The notes under the pieces: generated by a model
Seen by the model: the letters and a program-made list of their open reading frames with translations, nothing else
Told to the model about the DNA's origin: nothing
The model's database searches: none
Translations under genes and position numbers: made by a program
Shown: in pieces, positions 47,422 to 59,923 of the stretch
Layout: every line of letters starts with the position of its first letter
Numbering within the stretch: the stretch's first letter is position 1
DNA from: Psilocybe cubensis
Taxonomy: Eukaryota
Direction of reading: 5' to 3'
NCBI GenBank assembly: GCA_017499595.2
Contig: CM039003.1
Coordinates: 2,480,001-2,544,000 of the forward strand
Length of the DNA: 64,000 nucleotides

Positions 47422-49252
47422 ATGACCGTCACTCATGTTCTCTTCGAGTCGGCCTCTGGATATGCCATATTCGAGTCCAAGTTTGGAGAGGAGATTGGCT
47501 CCAAGAGCAAGTCAGTCCAGGAGTCGTTCCAGGACCTGGCTAAATTCGGGAAAATGGTTTCGTTGGTGAGCTTTGTGCCGTTCAAGAGCGCTGCAGAAGC
47601 TTTGGAGAATGCAAATGATGTTTCTGAAGGTGCGAGGACTAGTTCATTTATATTACGTGAAGATTGTTGAAAGCTCTATAAACTAATAGGCATTTTGAAC
47701 GACGTACTTAAAAATGTCCTTGAACTCAGCTTGTCCAAAGCGTCAAAAAAATCGAATGTCACACTGGCTGTGTCCGATCCCCTCCTTGGAAAAAGCATCA
47801 AGGATGCTTTGGGCTTCCAAATCGACGTTTCGGAGAACTCACAAACAGTCATTCGCGGTATCCGCCAACATGCCTCCAAACTACTCAAGGGTCTCCAGAC
47901 CGATGACCTTAGAAAGGCGCAGCTCGGCTTGGGACACTCTTATTCACGGTCCAAGCTAAAGTTCAACGTCAACAGAGTGGATAACATGATTATTCAAGCT
48001 ATTGCCCTCCTTGATCAGCTAGACAAGGATGTCAATCTGTTCTCGATGCGCATTAGAGAGTGGTATGGCTACCACTTCCCAGAGCTCATCCGTCTCGTCC
48101 CCGACAACCACCAATACGCTCGCGTCGCCAAATTCATCGGCGACAAGGACACCCTCACAGAAGACAAACTGCCCGACCTCGCGGAAATCCTTGACAACGA
48201 CAGCACTCTCGCGCAAAACATCCTCGATGCCGCCCGTGGTTCTATGGGATCCGGCCTCTCCGAAATTGACATGCTCAACATTTCCTCCTTCGCCACACGC
48301 GTGGTGTCCATCTCCGATTATCGCAAATCATTGGTCAACTACCTCTCCGAAAAAATGAACACCGTCGCGCCTAGTCTTACTGCCCTTCTCGGCGAGCGTG
48401 TTGGTGCCCGCTTGATCAGCCATGCTGGAAGCTTGACGAACTTGAGCAAATACCCCGCCAGCACTGTCCAAATTCTTGGTGCCGAGAAGGCTCTTTTCCG
48501 TGCCTTGAAGACCAAGGGCAACACACCCAAAGTACGTCTTTCTATTTTCAGTCGCTTTTGTGGTTATCATTAACATTTCTCCTTCAGTATGGTCTTTTGT
48601 ATCACTCCACCTTCATTGGCCGCGCTAGTCCCAAGCACAAAGGTCGCATTTCCCGCTTCCTTGCTAACAAGTGCTCGATAGCATCGCGCATTGACTGCTA
48701 CTCCGGTATGTCTTTGAGCTCATCTACGATACAATCTCGTGTTGTTAACCAATATCTCAGAAAACCCCACATCTAAATTTGGCGAAGCCCTCCGCGCTCA
48801 AGTTGAAGAACGCTTAAACTTCTTCGACAACGGTACTCCACCGTCCAAGAATGCCGATGCTATTCGCAAGGTTTTGGACCAACTGGCCCTTGATGAAAAT
48901 GACGACGATGATGGCATGGATATCGATGACGGGCCCGCCCTGACAACACTGGAGGCGGAACCCAAGAAGGAGAAGAAAAAGAAGAGGAAGAGCTCCGCGA
49001 TGGACGTCGATGAAGAGGAAGAACCTTCAACGAAGAAGGTCAAACTTTCAAAGGAGGAGAAAAAGGCTCTGAAGAAGGCCAAGAAGGAGCAGGCCAAGGC
49101 TGAAGCCGCCGCCGATGACGAGGTGAGTAATTATATTTCAATTTCGTTCTGGAGGTATACACAACTGACTCCTTCACTAGCCGTCGAAAAAGGAGAAGAA
49201 GGAAAAGAAAGAGAAGAAAGAGAAGAAGGAGAAAAAGAAGAGCAAGGAGTGA
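47422..49252 (+). CDS. NOP56: Nucleolar protein 56, box C/D snoRNP core; 5 exons
   Basis: Exons 47422-47629, 47690-48531, 48588-48705, 48761-49122, 49181-49252. Motifs [71 protein letters not shown], and a KKE tail. Confidence 0.96.
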
Positions 49253-49402
49253 TTTAACCAACCCGTTCTCGCTTCTTTTCTCGCTCTTTTCCTGCCTATG
49301 TGTATATATTCTTCGCTTTCCTTATTTCATTTATTCTATCTCTTTTCTTTTCAAGGGTTTGTTTTGTTTGTGAAACGATTATTAACTAGACGCAACTGCT
49401 CG

Positions 49403-50272
49403 TCACGATCGATTTTTTCGATTCAACGTTTCTTGACCCGGATTCCTGAAACGATCGATTGCCATCTGGGACGCTATGCGACAGAGAAACATACAAGATA
49501 TTATACGCATGATGTTACCACAGAGCATGGAACACGTACCATTACAAGCTATTCTTATCTTGGACAAACCGGATAGTTGCCCCACAGAAGCCTTTTGCAC
49601 AACCTCCTGGTCTTCTTTTGCTCTTTTCTCCAGCAGGTTCTGATGTAATTTTCAAAGATTGGTCAGCCCTTTAATAATCTATGTGAACATGTGCTAACTA
49701 TCAAGTTCTCTTCTTCCTTTTGAATGTATGACCATAGCTTTCGAATTTTGTCTTCTTTGGCAGCATAATCGAGTAAAAATTTCGAATACAATTCTTCTCT
49801 TGTAGCGCTTGCTTGTCAACTAATGTGCATATATGCGCAGTATTTGAACACTTACAGCTCATTCATGGCATCTTGAACTATCTTTGCTGTTTCGGCGGTC
49901 TATTTGGTATGTCTGCGTTATGAAATTGGGTGTTATGTATACAAGTTACTGACCTCTTTATTTAACTCTTTCTCAGCGCGGTCTAAAAAAGCTTTCTCCC
50001 TTCGGGCTCTTTTCTTTTCGAGGTCGGCTATTGATTGTTCAGTTGGTGTCAGGGACGGGATTAAAAGGGCAACGGTGAACCCGTATACTGCTTTTGAACA
50101 GCCTCTAACAATCTGAACGAGTTGCTTTCAAGAAATTGTTCAGCCTCATGGATACTGCAGCTTACGCCGATGTCCGTTGCTCCTCCGACTCCTGGGACAA
50201 AGCAAAATCAAAGTCCTCTTCTGCCTTATCATCCACCAGAATCTTCTTTGGGCGTCCACGACGGTTAGCCAT
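49403..50272 (-). CDS. Small coiled-coil protein (about 175 aa); 7 exons; not recovered by the ORF track
   Basis: Six GT-AG introns of about 50-65 bp splice to MANRRGRPKK...SA|LLEAVQKQYT|ADLEKKRARREKAFLDRAEKELNKE|TAETAKIVQDAMNEL|EELYSKFLLDYAAKEDKIRKLW...LI|NLLEKRAKED...IACN|ASQMAIDRF...RS-stop. Confidence 0.75.
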
Positions 50273-51485
50273 ATCAATGAATACAAATATAAATTCGGAG
50301 TGATGGGGTGAGAGTATGGGGCAACAAGGTGGAGTGAACGCGTTTGTTGATATATTTGGGTTTGTGTGGCTCCAGTCAGTGATGCTAATTCCTTTTGGGT
50401 CCAAACTTTGCATCTTTGGCATCTACCCCTTTGGCAAACTCTGATTCAACTGCGCTGTGGTATGTAAATTGTGCCAGTCGCATGAGTTCCGTTTAAACAA
50501 TGCCTCCATCACACTGACGAAGCAACCCAAAGTCTACACACCGCGCATCAAAGCGCGCAGCACCCCAAGAATGCTGGATGCACCTATGAGTCCATGCACG
50601 TTCGTGTGCTACGAGGTTACAGAATTCTTTCCCACTTGGACCCTTCCTAACCCTTCCTAGTACATACCCAAGTATATTCAAAGACGTTCTCATGTCATGT
50701 TAGACAAGAATGTCCAACGCAATGCAGATTTCTGATGTTGAGCCTTCCATTCATTTTCAACCATATGATTCTAACATTTAGGCTCACCGTATAATGACTC
50801 AATATCGTCTTTCTAGAGTCTTTTGTGCCTTAAACTCCGGCGTTCATTTGCAGCCGACCTCTACGCTCGCTACTATCTTTACCATGGTCCGAATTTTTTT
50901 CACTTGGATGTCCTTCACATTGTTATGGTTTTGTGATACCATGTGAGGGTGCTTTGAAGGTCTCCTAACTACGTAAGTGGCGATATACGGAGTCCTTCTT
51001 ATTCCGATGACGTACGATTCTACTTTTGTTATCTTCAGCTGTGCTCGTCGACTACAAGCACATTTGAGTTGGCCAAATGTGTCCCCCAGTCTCGGGCTCA
51101 CTGATGGCATAATCTCACAGCGTCTGAAATGGAAGCCTTATCGCGCAGTATCAAATTCTTTTTTGTCAGAGCAACGCCCGACCTGTGTTTGTACGCATGC
51201 TTGTGTTCTACTGACATTCATTCCTTTCTTATCTTCCTATTTTTTCATCTAGCGCAAGCACTTAGTGCGACTGAAAATAACCCACCTAATTTTAGCAACG
51301 CTGTGCAAGCTATCTATCACTCGCACAATAATAGCATCCTTCTTCGGTGCCATGACGCTCGATATATCCACTTGTCGGTTTTCTACTTTGGCAGCAGATA
51401 AGTATCCTATAAAATGGGGCCAAAAATCATACATTGCTCTACCACAATTCTATAGTTCCAAACCTTCCAGTAGCTGCAACAAATC

Positions 51486-53335
51486 ATGTCCCACGTCATC
51501 ATCAAATCTATTCCCTTCACCACCCAGATCAAGCAGGGTGCAAGGCATATCCTCGCTCACGACAAGGCTCGAGCACAGAAGCTTGTACAAGGCTTGCACC
51601 CACACGGCCCTCTAGGACACAAGGCAACAGCCGCAGGGCGTCACCGCCACCACCACCATCACAAGCATCATCCTGTTCCTGAACCAACTCCTAACGATCC
51701 TCCTGAGCCCGCCCCCGCCCCTCCATCAGGGGACCCAGACGCCGCTAAGGATTCTATTGACGTTACTGATGCTGGTATACATTACCGCCTTCTGTTTCTG
51801 TTACCCGCATGTAAGCTCACTATCGTTGATAGGTGTTACCTACACCATGTCAGTTGGAGTCGGAAGCCCGGCTACCCAATATACTCTACTGATCGATACA
51901 GGTAAGAAACAATTGTTATTGTGTTACAACATGGTTAAATTTCTCACTTGTGCAGGAAGCTCCAACACGTACGTATTGTTTACATATATGCCTCGATGAC
52001 ACCCAAGTCTATGTTTTGATTATTGGATTAGGTGGGTTGGAGCCGGTAAAGCATACAAACAGACCTCCACAAGTAAGAGTACCCGTAACAGTGTGGTGAG
52101 TTGGATTTGACTAGTCAAACAATCAGGATTTCAAACTAACCACCGACTTAGAATGTAACCTACGGCTCGGGTTCCTTCTCCGGCACCGAATGTATGTAAT
52201 GCGCCACAGTTGCCTTTCGTGATAATGGCCAAGACAATTTTTGACAATTTTGGCAGTCACCGATGAAGTAACTCTTGGTTCACTCGTGATAAAGAATCAG
52301 TCCATTGGCGTGGCATCGAAAGCTAATGGTTTCCAAGATGTAGACGGCATTTTGGGGTAAGGAAGTTACTTGATTTGAATTTAAACCATCATAAACTAAT
52401 TTTCGTTGCAGTATCGGCCCCGTTGATTTGACCGAAGGTAACACATACACAGCTCAAGCATCGAATGACCTTAACAACGAAAATATGACACTTTTTAGGG
52501 ACCGTTTCTAATACCCCCAATGTCCCTACGGTAACCCAGAATATGTTTACACAGAAACTCATTCCTACTGAATCCATCGGAATCTCTTACGAACCCACAA
52601 CATCTGATGGCGCTTTGAACGGCGAACTTACGTTCGGCTCCGTAGACACTTCCAAGACTACCAGTGATGTTACTTTCGTGCCTATTACTAGCACATCTCC
52701 AGCAAGCAACTATTGGGGAATCGACCAGACAATCTCCTATGGACAAGATTCTTCGCCACTTTTGACTTCGTCGGGTATTGTCGACACTGGGACCACTTTG
52801 CTCCTCATTGCTACAGATGCTTTCAACGCATATCAGAAGGCCACTGGGGCTACTCTTGACCAGTAAGTAAAACGATATTCTGTTTAATGTGACACTCAAT
52901 AATCTCATAACAACTACAGGACGACGGGTCTCTTGACAGTCACCGAGGAACAATTTTCGAACATGCAGAGCTTGTTTTTCAATATTGGAGGAGTATGTCC
53001 CTTGAATGATTTCGAATGCGCTCTGATATCTGATTATTCTTAGACAACCTTCGAGTTCACGCCCAATGCCCAAATCTGGCCTCGTTCCCAGAACAGCCAA
53101 CTTGGAGGAGAAGAAGGAAAAATATACCTCATCACATCCGACCTCGGCAACAACAGCGGCACTGGACTAGATTTTATCAGTACGTCTTAAAGATACTTCG
53201 GGCACATGAATTTATTCCAATCCTGTTGTACTAGATGGATTTGCTTTCTTGCAGAGATTCTACAGTGTCTACGATACTACCAACGCCCAAGTTGGACTTG
53301 CTACTACTCCGTTTACTAATGCCGAAACTAATTAG
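51486..53335 (+). CDS. Family A1 aspartic protease (polyporopepsin-like) with no apparent signal peptide and a His/Pro-rich pro-region; many exons including a 13-nt exon at 51956-51968
   Basis: Two catalytic motifs LLIDTG|SS and GIVDTGT, flap YGSG, DGILGIG, G..FLQRFYSVYD. TATAAAA at 51408. Confidence 0.93.
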
Positions 53336-53727
53336 ATAAATGTAAGATATTGTATTCGAAATGCAGTTTTGCATAGGTAGCTTTCGCTGTTTGGGTTTCG
53401 AAATTTCTTGGTGATTGCCTTGGGTTCTGAATTTCGGACTAGCTTGTGTATTGCACCATTTAACGAACAGTGTAGTGTAATACATATTTTCGATAACGCT
53501 CTTATGATCAAGTCTCGCTGGGTTATTAAAAGCTTTAAGCAAAAATTAACAGTCTTTTGAGTTGTCCAATCATGATGATAGGATCTGCTTCCTAGCAATA
53601 ACCGGGGATAGTCACACGTGTATTTCAAATCCGCGTTCAGCTCCTGTCACTGGCTTGTTCATTTCCCCTTGGTTCGCCTTGCACTTCATGCATTTCATCC
53701 TCTAATCTTTGCTCGCATCTCTATACA

Positions 53728-55286
53728 ATGGATCAGCCACTTACCACCAAGCTATCACAGGAACTCATCGATGAAATAGTCGACCATATGTCTGATTCCA
53801 AACGCGACCTTGATGCGTGCTCCAAAAGCCACAGAGCCTTCCTTCATCGATGCCAAAAACACCTTTTTTCAGTGCTTTATTTCTCATCTGATCGAAACAG
53901 AATACTACCGGGGTTTGAAGGAAACTGTTACCAAAATAGTCCTCGAAAGGATAGAACGACCAGACTTTTGGAGATCTTTCAACAGTCACCCCACATCGCT
54001 CGATATGTCTACGGTCTGCATCTCGATATATCTTCGTCTGATAACGATTGGGTGGCAGAAGATTCGGATTTCAATCTTATAATGCAAATCATCACACAGT
54101 CCGGGAGCAAGATTAGCTACCTCAAGTTGCGAGGGTATGAATTTCCAGAAAAGCTGTCTAACGCACGAAGCCTTGAAAGGAACTTCTTGGTACCATTTAT
54201 CTCGGAAACCCTTACTACTTTGGATGTGTCGCGTATCTTGGACTTGCCTATGAGCTTAATAGCCAATTCAGCAAACCTGAAGCATTTGCACCTACATTAT
54301 ACCGCACCTGAGTTGTATCATGACGGCGTCGATGAGGACCTCCTCAAGGCTTTCCCAAACATACAGACACTTGAAATTCGGCCACCCGATGCTATGATCG
54401 GCTTGTTGCTTGGCCATGACGGCTTTCCAGAAACGCGGTCTGCAACCGTTTATGCAGTGATGACCTTCTGCGGCGTCGATTCTCCTGCTGTAGCGGACAT
54501 CACATCGTTAAAGTCATTCCGAACATTCAACACCCCCTATTATCTGACTTTGGCTCAAGCCATCATCGATAAAGCAAAGGTGTCTTTGGAAGAATTTTAC
54601 CTGTGCGGAGAATCTGACGAAGGTCAGGGAATGGCCTGCAATTTACTTGTTTCTTGGATAAATACTAAAAATAATCATGAATAGAATTTTGCCAGCTCGT
54701 CAACTCGATCAACCTTTGCGAGCTGTCTAGACTTCAGCGACTGTATATGGATATCGTTCTGCCCATCGATGTCGACGCCATTCGTGATCTATCCTCAGTC
54801 TTGTTGACGGTCCCAGATAACAATTCACTCCAGCACATCAGTCTACAGGTATTCAATGGGCAATATAATCGTAGAAGCGTCCCGGAATCCATAAATTCTC
54901 CAAGCTGGAGTTTACTTGACAGTCAGGTGGCTATAATTGCCCAGGAAAGGCCATTTACATTTCATCTCCACATATGCCACCAACCAGCGGAATTCAGTGA
55001 TTCCGAGTCTGATTCGGACGGCTTTGAAAGATGCACAGTAACTAGAACTCCTTCGTCGCGGAATGATGAACCAGAGAGCATCATCCGCCTTCGAGCATGT
55101 CGCAGTGAAAGGGAGCACGAAGCTCTTCTTCACAAAATGTGCAAGTCTGTTTACCGGACACTTCTTTTGGAGAACATGCCCAAAATAATGCAGTCTCCAA
55201 ATATCACTGTAGTCTCAACGTATAGTATACGCACGCCTTACCACTATTGGGCCCCCAGAGAGAGGCATGTAAAGAATATACTTTAA
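53728..55286 (+). CDS. F-box-like/LRR-like protein; 2 exons
   Basis: N-terminal LSQELIDEIVDHM...DL.ACS...RAF...CQKHLF followed by LxxLxL repeats. Intron 54623-54684 joins the two ORFs in frame. Confidence 0.8.
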
Positions 55287-55459
55287 TTTCTTATCCTGCT
55301 TGCATCACGAACCTTCAAGAAGAATATCCAAAGCATCAGGATGCGAACTGAACCGGGTCGGTTGCGCGAGTCACGAGGATCGACGCGAGCTCCCGTTCCC
55401 CTTTCTGACTCCTTCCACTTTGTTCTGCTCCTCATTGGCAGCAATACATTCAAAGGGTA

Positions 55460-56837
55460 TCATACAGAAAGTATCCTATCGACAAAAATCGCCCACTCCA
55501 TCACCGTGATGCCCAATCTCAGTGCGTCCTCTTTGACCTCTCTATCGCGCGTGCTCGGCGTCAAGCGCGCCACTGCCCGCATGTGCTCGACCCGGCGGAT
55601 CCCCAGGCTCCTCAAAATAGGAGCAGTATGCAGCAAAGACGGTTCGCAGCTTTCGAGAATGGATTCAAACTCGACTGTGCCCTCCGACTTGATGCTACTG
55701 ATTGTGGATCCCGACTCGGTAGGGTGGAACGGGCACTGAGGGAGCTCCTTCTCTTTGTAGCGGTCTCGATGCGGCCGCGTGTTGGAGCGGGTGCTTTGGT
55801 TCATCGTCATATTCCCATTCGCTTTTGGTGTTGATGATCCTGGCATGCCGCGGTCAGCGAAAGCTCTTCCATTTTGTTGTATACCTCTCGCAGGCTGTTG
55901 CGATGTCTTTAGGTCCTTTTCACTTGCGCTAGGAGAAATCGTGCCTTCTCTCGACACCGACAAAGGGGACGTGACCTCGGAACGGTAACGTCGGGAATGT
56001 GATTTCCCCTCTTCTTGTTTTCGAATCTGTATGGTGTATAAGCTGCTGCTATCGACAAACTATCGCGGCTGATGTAATTACCTTGGTGGTTCCATTTCTT
56101 CGATTCGACGGAGTCATTGAAATCTCCTGAACGTCTTCCGCTCTCCATTCCACTTGCGGGCTAGCTTCACTGGCAAATTCACCCTCCACCGGATATTCAT
56201 CAGCACTGATGTAATAAATGCTCATCTTATCATCTTCATCTTTCGGTTTGGGCACCTTGGGGGTATCAGGTTCCCGACGCCACGTTGATATCTCGACTGT
56301 TCTGTCGGGGTTATTCTCGATGATGCGTCTATTGACAATCTCGTACGTCTGGCCTGCCTTGGGACCGCGATCGCGAGGTTCTCGAGCTAGTCGGCCCTTG
56401 TTCTTGAATAAATCTCGTACTCCCCCTCCCATGGTTTGACGAGTATTGGCGGATATGTTACGGCTTGCCTCGCCATTTCCCTGTTTGCTGCGATGACTCG
56501 AGTAGTACCCCACGGAACGGTGTATTTCCGATCCCGACTTTCCTTTCATCCACTCTCTGATTTCCCGCGCCTTGGCTGCGACCTTACTCTCTCTCAACTC
56601 ATCCACCGGTTCGAAATCCGCTCTTTCTTTGCCTTTCCATCTCTTATTTTCACTGGTATTTCCGGGATCATCGTTTTCTAATAACCTACTCCGGAAACTA
56701 TTTCTGAAAGCTTTGACTGGATCGAATCTGGGCTTGGGCGTCGTCTGCCGAATAGTGGACGAGTCGTTGTGTTCAGTCAGCGGCATAGTGGTTCGAATCG
56801 CAAGCTTAGGGCGTTTGTCATCGGCACCTGAAGCCAT
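55460..56837 (-). CDS. Hypothetical protein with a small C-terminal helical (possibly SAM-like) domain; 2 exons
   Basis: Intron 56027-56081 joins the two ORFs in frame. C-terminus FESILESCEPSLLH..PILRSLGI..VEHMRAV...LGITVMEWAIF. Start codon uncertain. Confidence 0.7.
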
Positions 56838-58692
56838 CTGAGTATGTGAGCTCGTCAATGTAGCACCCACAAATGTGGTGTCGTTGTTGGTTGGAAGGGG
56901 AGAGGTGGGAAGGCCTTGTCTGCGAGCGGCGGTCTTCCCGATGCCATTTTTGTTGGGGGCGAGAAAGAACGAGCTTGAACCTGAAGCTTAAGGGAATGAT
57001 GGGTTGGGATATGGGAAAAAGGCGAGGCAAATAAACGTGGATGAGGTTAGCCGAGGTACAAGGTACGAGCAAAACTTAGATGGAGTGCGCGCGCGAAGAT
57101 TCTCACCAGCATGTGTCTCCCCTTGTGTATGGCTTATAGTGAAGCTTGAACCTCTGCGGTGCATCGTGTTGGTGATCGCAGCGGAAGGAAAGCGAACTGT
57201 GGGCTTTGAAACCGTGTCAGGGTTGCGTTGGCGATAATTTTTAGTGGTTAGATGGTGGAAGGCGAAAGGGAAAGTGGAGACGCAGCTGGGCATGTGTTGA
57301 GGCCCGAGGGGTATATAGGGCGTTCGATTGCAATGAGGTATAGAAGTGGCAATCAGTTCCGCCACAAAACACGAGGCTTCATCGTGTTAATTTGATACAC
57401 GTGCCCACCAATCGGTCATAATGAGCATGTTGAGGCGCCGGTGGACACGGTGATCCTGATGACCCTGTTTAGGACCGTGTAACTGATGCTCCTAGCTGTG
57501 GCAAGTTTTGTTTTTTTCTCCAGCAGAGGTCATTCATATGTGGAAGGGTAGAACATAACCGGGCTTGGCGTTTGGTTGCCACCTCAACAAGGACTGCTGG
57601 TGCTTATTTGGGTTTGTAGGTGGCTTCGGCTTGATCGGAATTTAACTCAGGCGTTACGTTTCTTTTGCACAAAGCAAAAAAAAGCACAGAAAAGGACCTG
57701 GAAACCAACTCATCTTATTCTGGGAGGTCATCTCGTCTAATACTGAGAGAAAGGTGCGCGGACTGACTAGCGTAACACCAAGATGAGGTTAGGACCTTCA
57801 TCACCGTAGGTTAGCATCCCTTTTTGGTTGCTGACTGTTTTATTTTCTTGCTCACATTCTTTGAATAGAAATAAGGGCAACATCTTATTAACCCATTTGT
57901 AATTCAACCACTAGAAAAAATTTGATAATAAAATAAACAACAGTCCATCTGTTCAAGGAGGAATGAGTTTTTTGTATATAAAATTTGAGGTGGTCCTGTA
58001 AGCTATACATGATATCTTACTGCCAAACAGCTGACTATTTGGCGTCGGAAGATTTTCGGACGGAAAAAAATGTGTTGAGAACAAGCTACCTTGATACCGT
58101 GCAGACTGAACAACATGGACTGTGTTGTCCGCCGGACTGTCCACCAGACAGTCCGGGAAACATAAACGAGATGTTTCGGCCAGCTCAGGTGGGACTTTCA
58201 TGAGTATGAAAGAGGTACTGTTGCGGGAACAGTAGGGTTGTTGGGAGTCGGTTCATCTGGGTGGTGGAGGGATAGCTTTGATGATAACCGTGTGAGACAT
58301 CGAATCCTGACCAAAATGTCGCTTTAAGATAGGCGGCATTCCGGCATCACTCATTTACGAGGTGCGGCACTTCGGCATGCATCAAAGGTGATCTAAAAAT
58401 AGTCAGCGGAAGAATCACTCTTCTGCGTTCATTTGGTTTAAATTAGTCCGTAAACGCCTAAATGATCGAGTGGTCGTATTAAAAATCACAGTTAGCCTCC
58501 TCCTTCTCATTTCCCCATATTAGAGCGCCTGGTGCATTCTTGGAAAGAGCATCTTGTTGTGCTATTTTTTAATTTCCTGTCTTTCTACTGCTTTCCCCTC
58601 CTCTCCTCGATTTCATTATCGCTGGATCAGAGATCGTTGCAAGTTATCTATACTCATCCAGTTCTCCTAATCAAACACTCCGAAAATCGTCC

Positions 58693-59521
58693 ATGCATCT
58701 GCATACCCTAACCAGCCGCGACGAATTCGCGCCTTCCGGCGCAGAGTTGTACGACTCGGAGAAAAACTGCTCCAATAGCTTTTCATGGTTCAGACTCTGC
58801 CCAATTGACTTTGCTTTGTGGGGTGCGTGACCACGATACGAAACCTGCCATGGAAAATTTTCAGAAAGCTAATCAGATTCTCTTGTACTCTAGCTTTGAT
58901 CACCCTGCTTATCTGTCTTGTATTCTGGAGAATATACGCGCGAAGTAGGAGGGTGTCAGAAACGCCGTTGACGGGACAAATGCCTACGCGATCGAGACAT
59001 AAAGGGTACAAACGCCTGACACTTCCATACCCTTCCAGAAATCAGTTCCCATCAGACCCTTCACCCGCCTACGACGACGACTATGGCTATGAATACAAGA
59101 GTAAATTCGACCTTGAAAATAGTAAGTCGACTATCAACCTTCCTCTTCTTAAAGGTTAGTGATGTCAATTTTTTTTCGTCACGGGCAGCCCACACACCTA
59201 TGGACCCATACCACGTCGTCAACAGTCTCGACAACTCTCTGATATCCAAGGATGCCAATTTTATGGGCGCCTCTATCCCCGTGGCCGCTAAAGAGCAGAA
59301 AAAGTCTGGAAAATTTGGCCTCGGTCTAGGAATCACAATGGCTGAACGCAAATCGCCTATTCCTGAACATGCCGAGCACCTCGCTGAGGATAATGAAAGT
59401 CATTCGTGTGCGTTATATACGAGTTTTGATTTTTCTTTCTGCGCGCTAATGATTTTGTTTGGATTTAGTAACGCCTCCTCCACCACCTGCCTACCTCCGC
59501 AACCCGCGTTGGGACATGTAG
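58693..59521 (+). CDS. Small single-pass membrane protein with a C-terminal PPAY motif; 4 exons
   Basis: Introns at about 58823-58893, 59121-59188 and 59408-59468. TM segment FALWALITLLICLVFW followed by RIYARSRR; ends LTPPPPPAYLRNPRWDM-stop. Confidence 0.7.
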
Positions 59522-59923
59522 CTCCCATCCACCCCAAACCCCATCTAAAACACAGTCGTTCTTGAACTCACATGTTGCACGTTGCCCAATTTTTATTCCT
59601 ATATATACTTTCCTTCAGCTCTCAACGATATATGCAAAGTTTTGTCAAGATGCACCACGGCCAATTGCATGTCCACACTGCCAATTTATCGAGCTTTACA
59701 TGAGGATAACCGCCTCATAACATCGATAGATTACAAATTATCCTATATACTCATACAACTAATATGCACTTCCTGCCCAAATATAAATCAGCATCCATCC
59801 ATGAACCAGTCAAAGACAGAAGGGTATCAATAGGTGTAACAACGAAACGAAAGAAAGAAAGAAAAAATAAAAAGCTAGATAGATAGAGAAGCAATAAATT
59901 AGATCAAAAGGCGCACTTCCAAC

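Noticed and set aside
47422-49252. Intronic snoRNAs in NOP56, or identity as NOP58
   Set aside because: Introns are only 55-60 nt, too short to host a snoRNA; the [19 protein letters not shown] motif fits NOP56.
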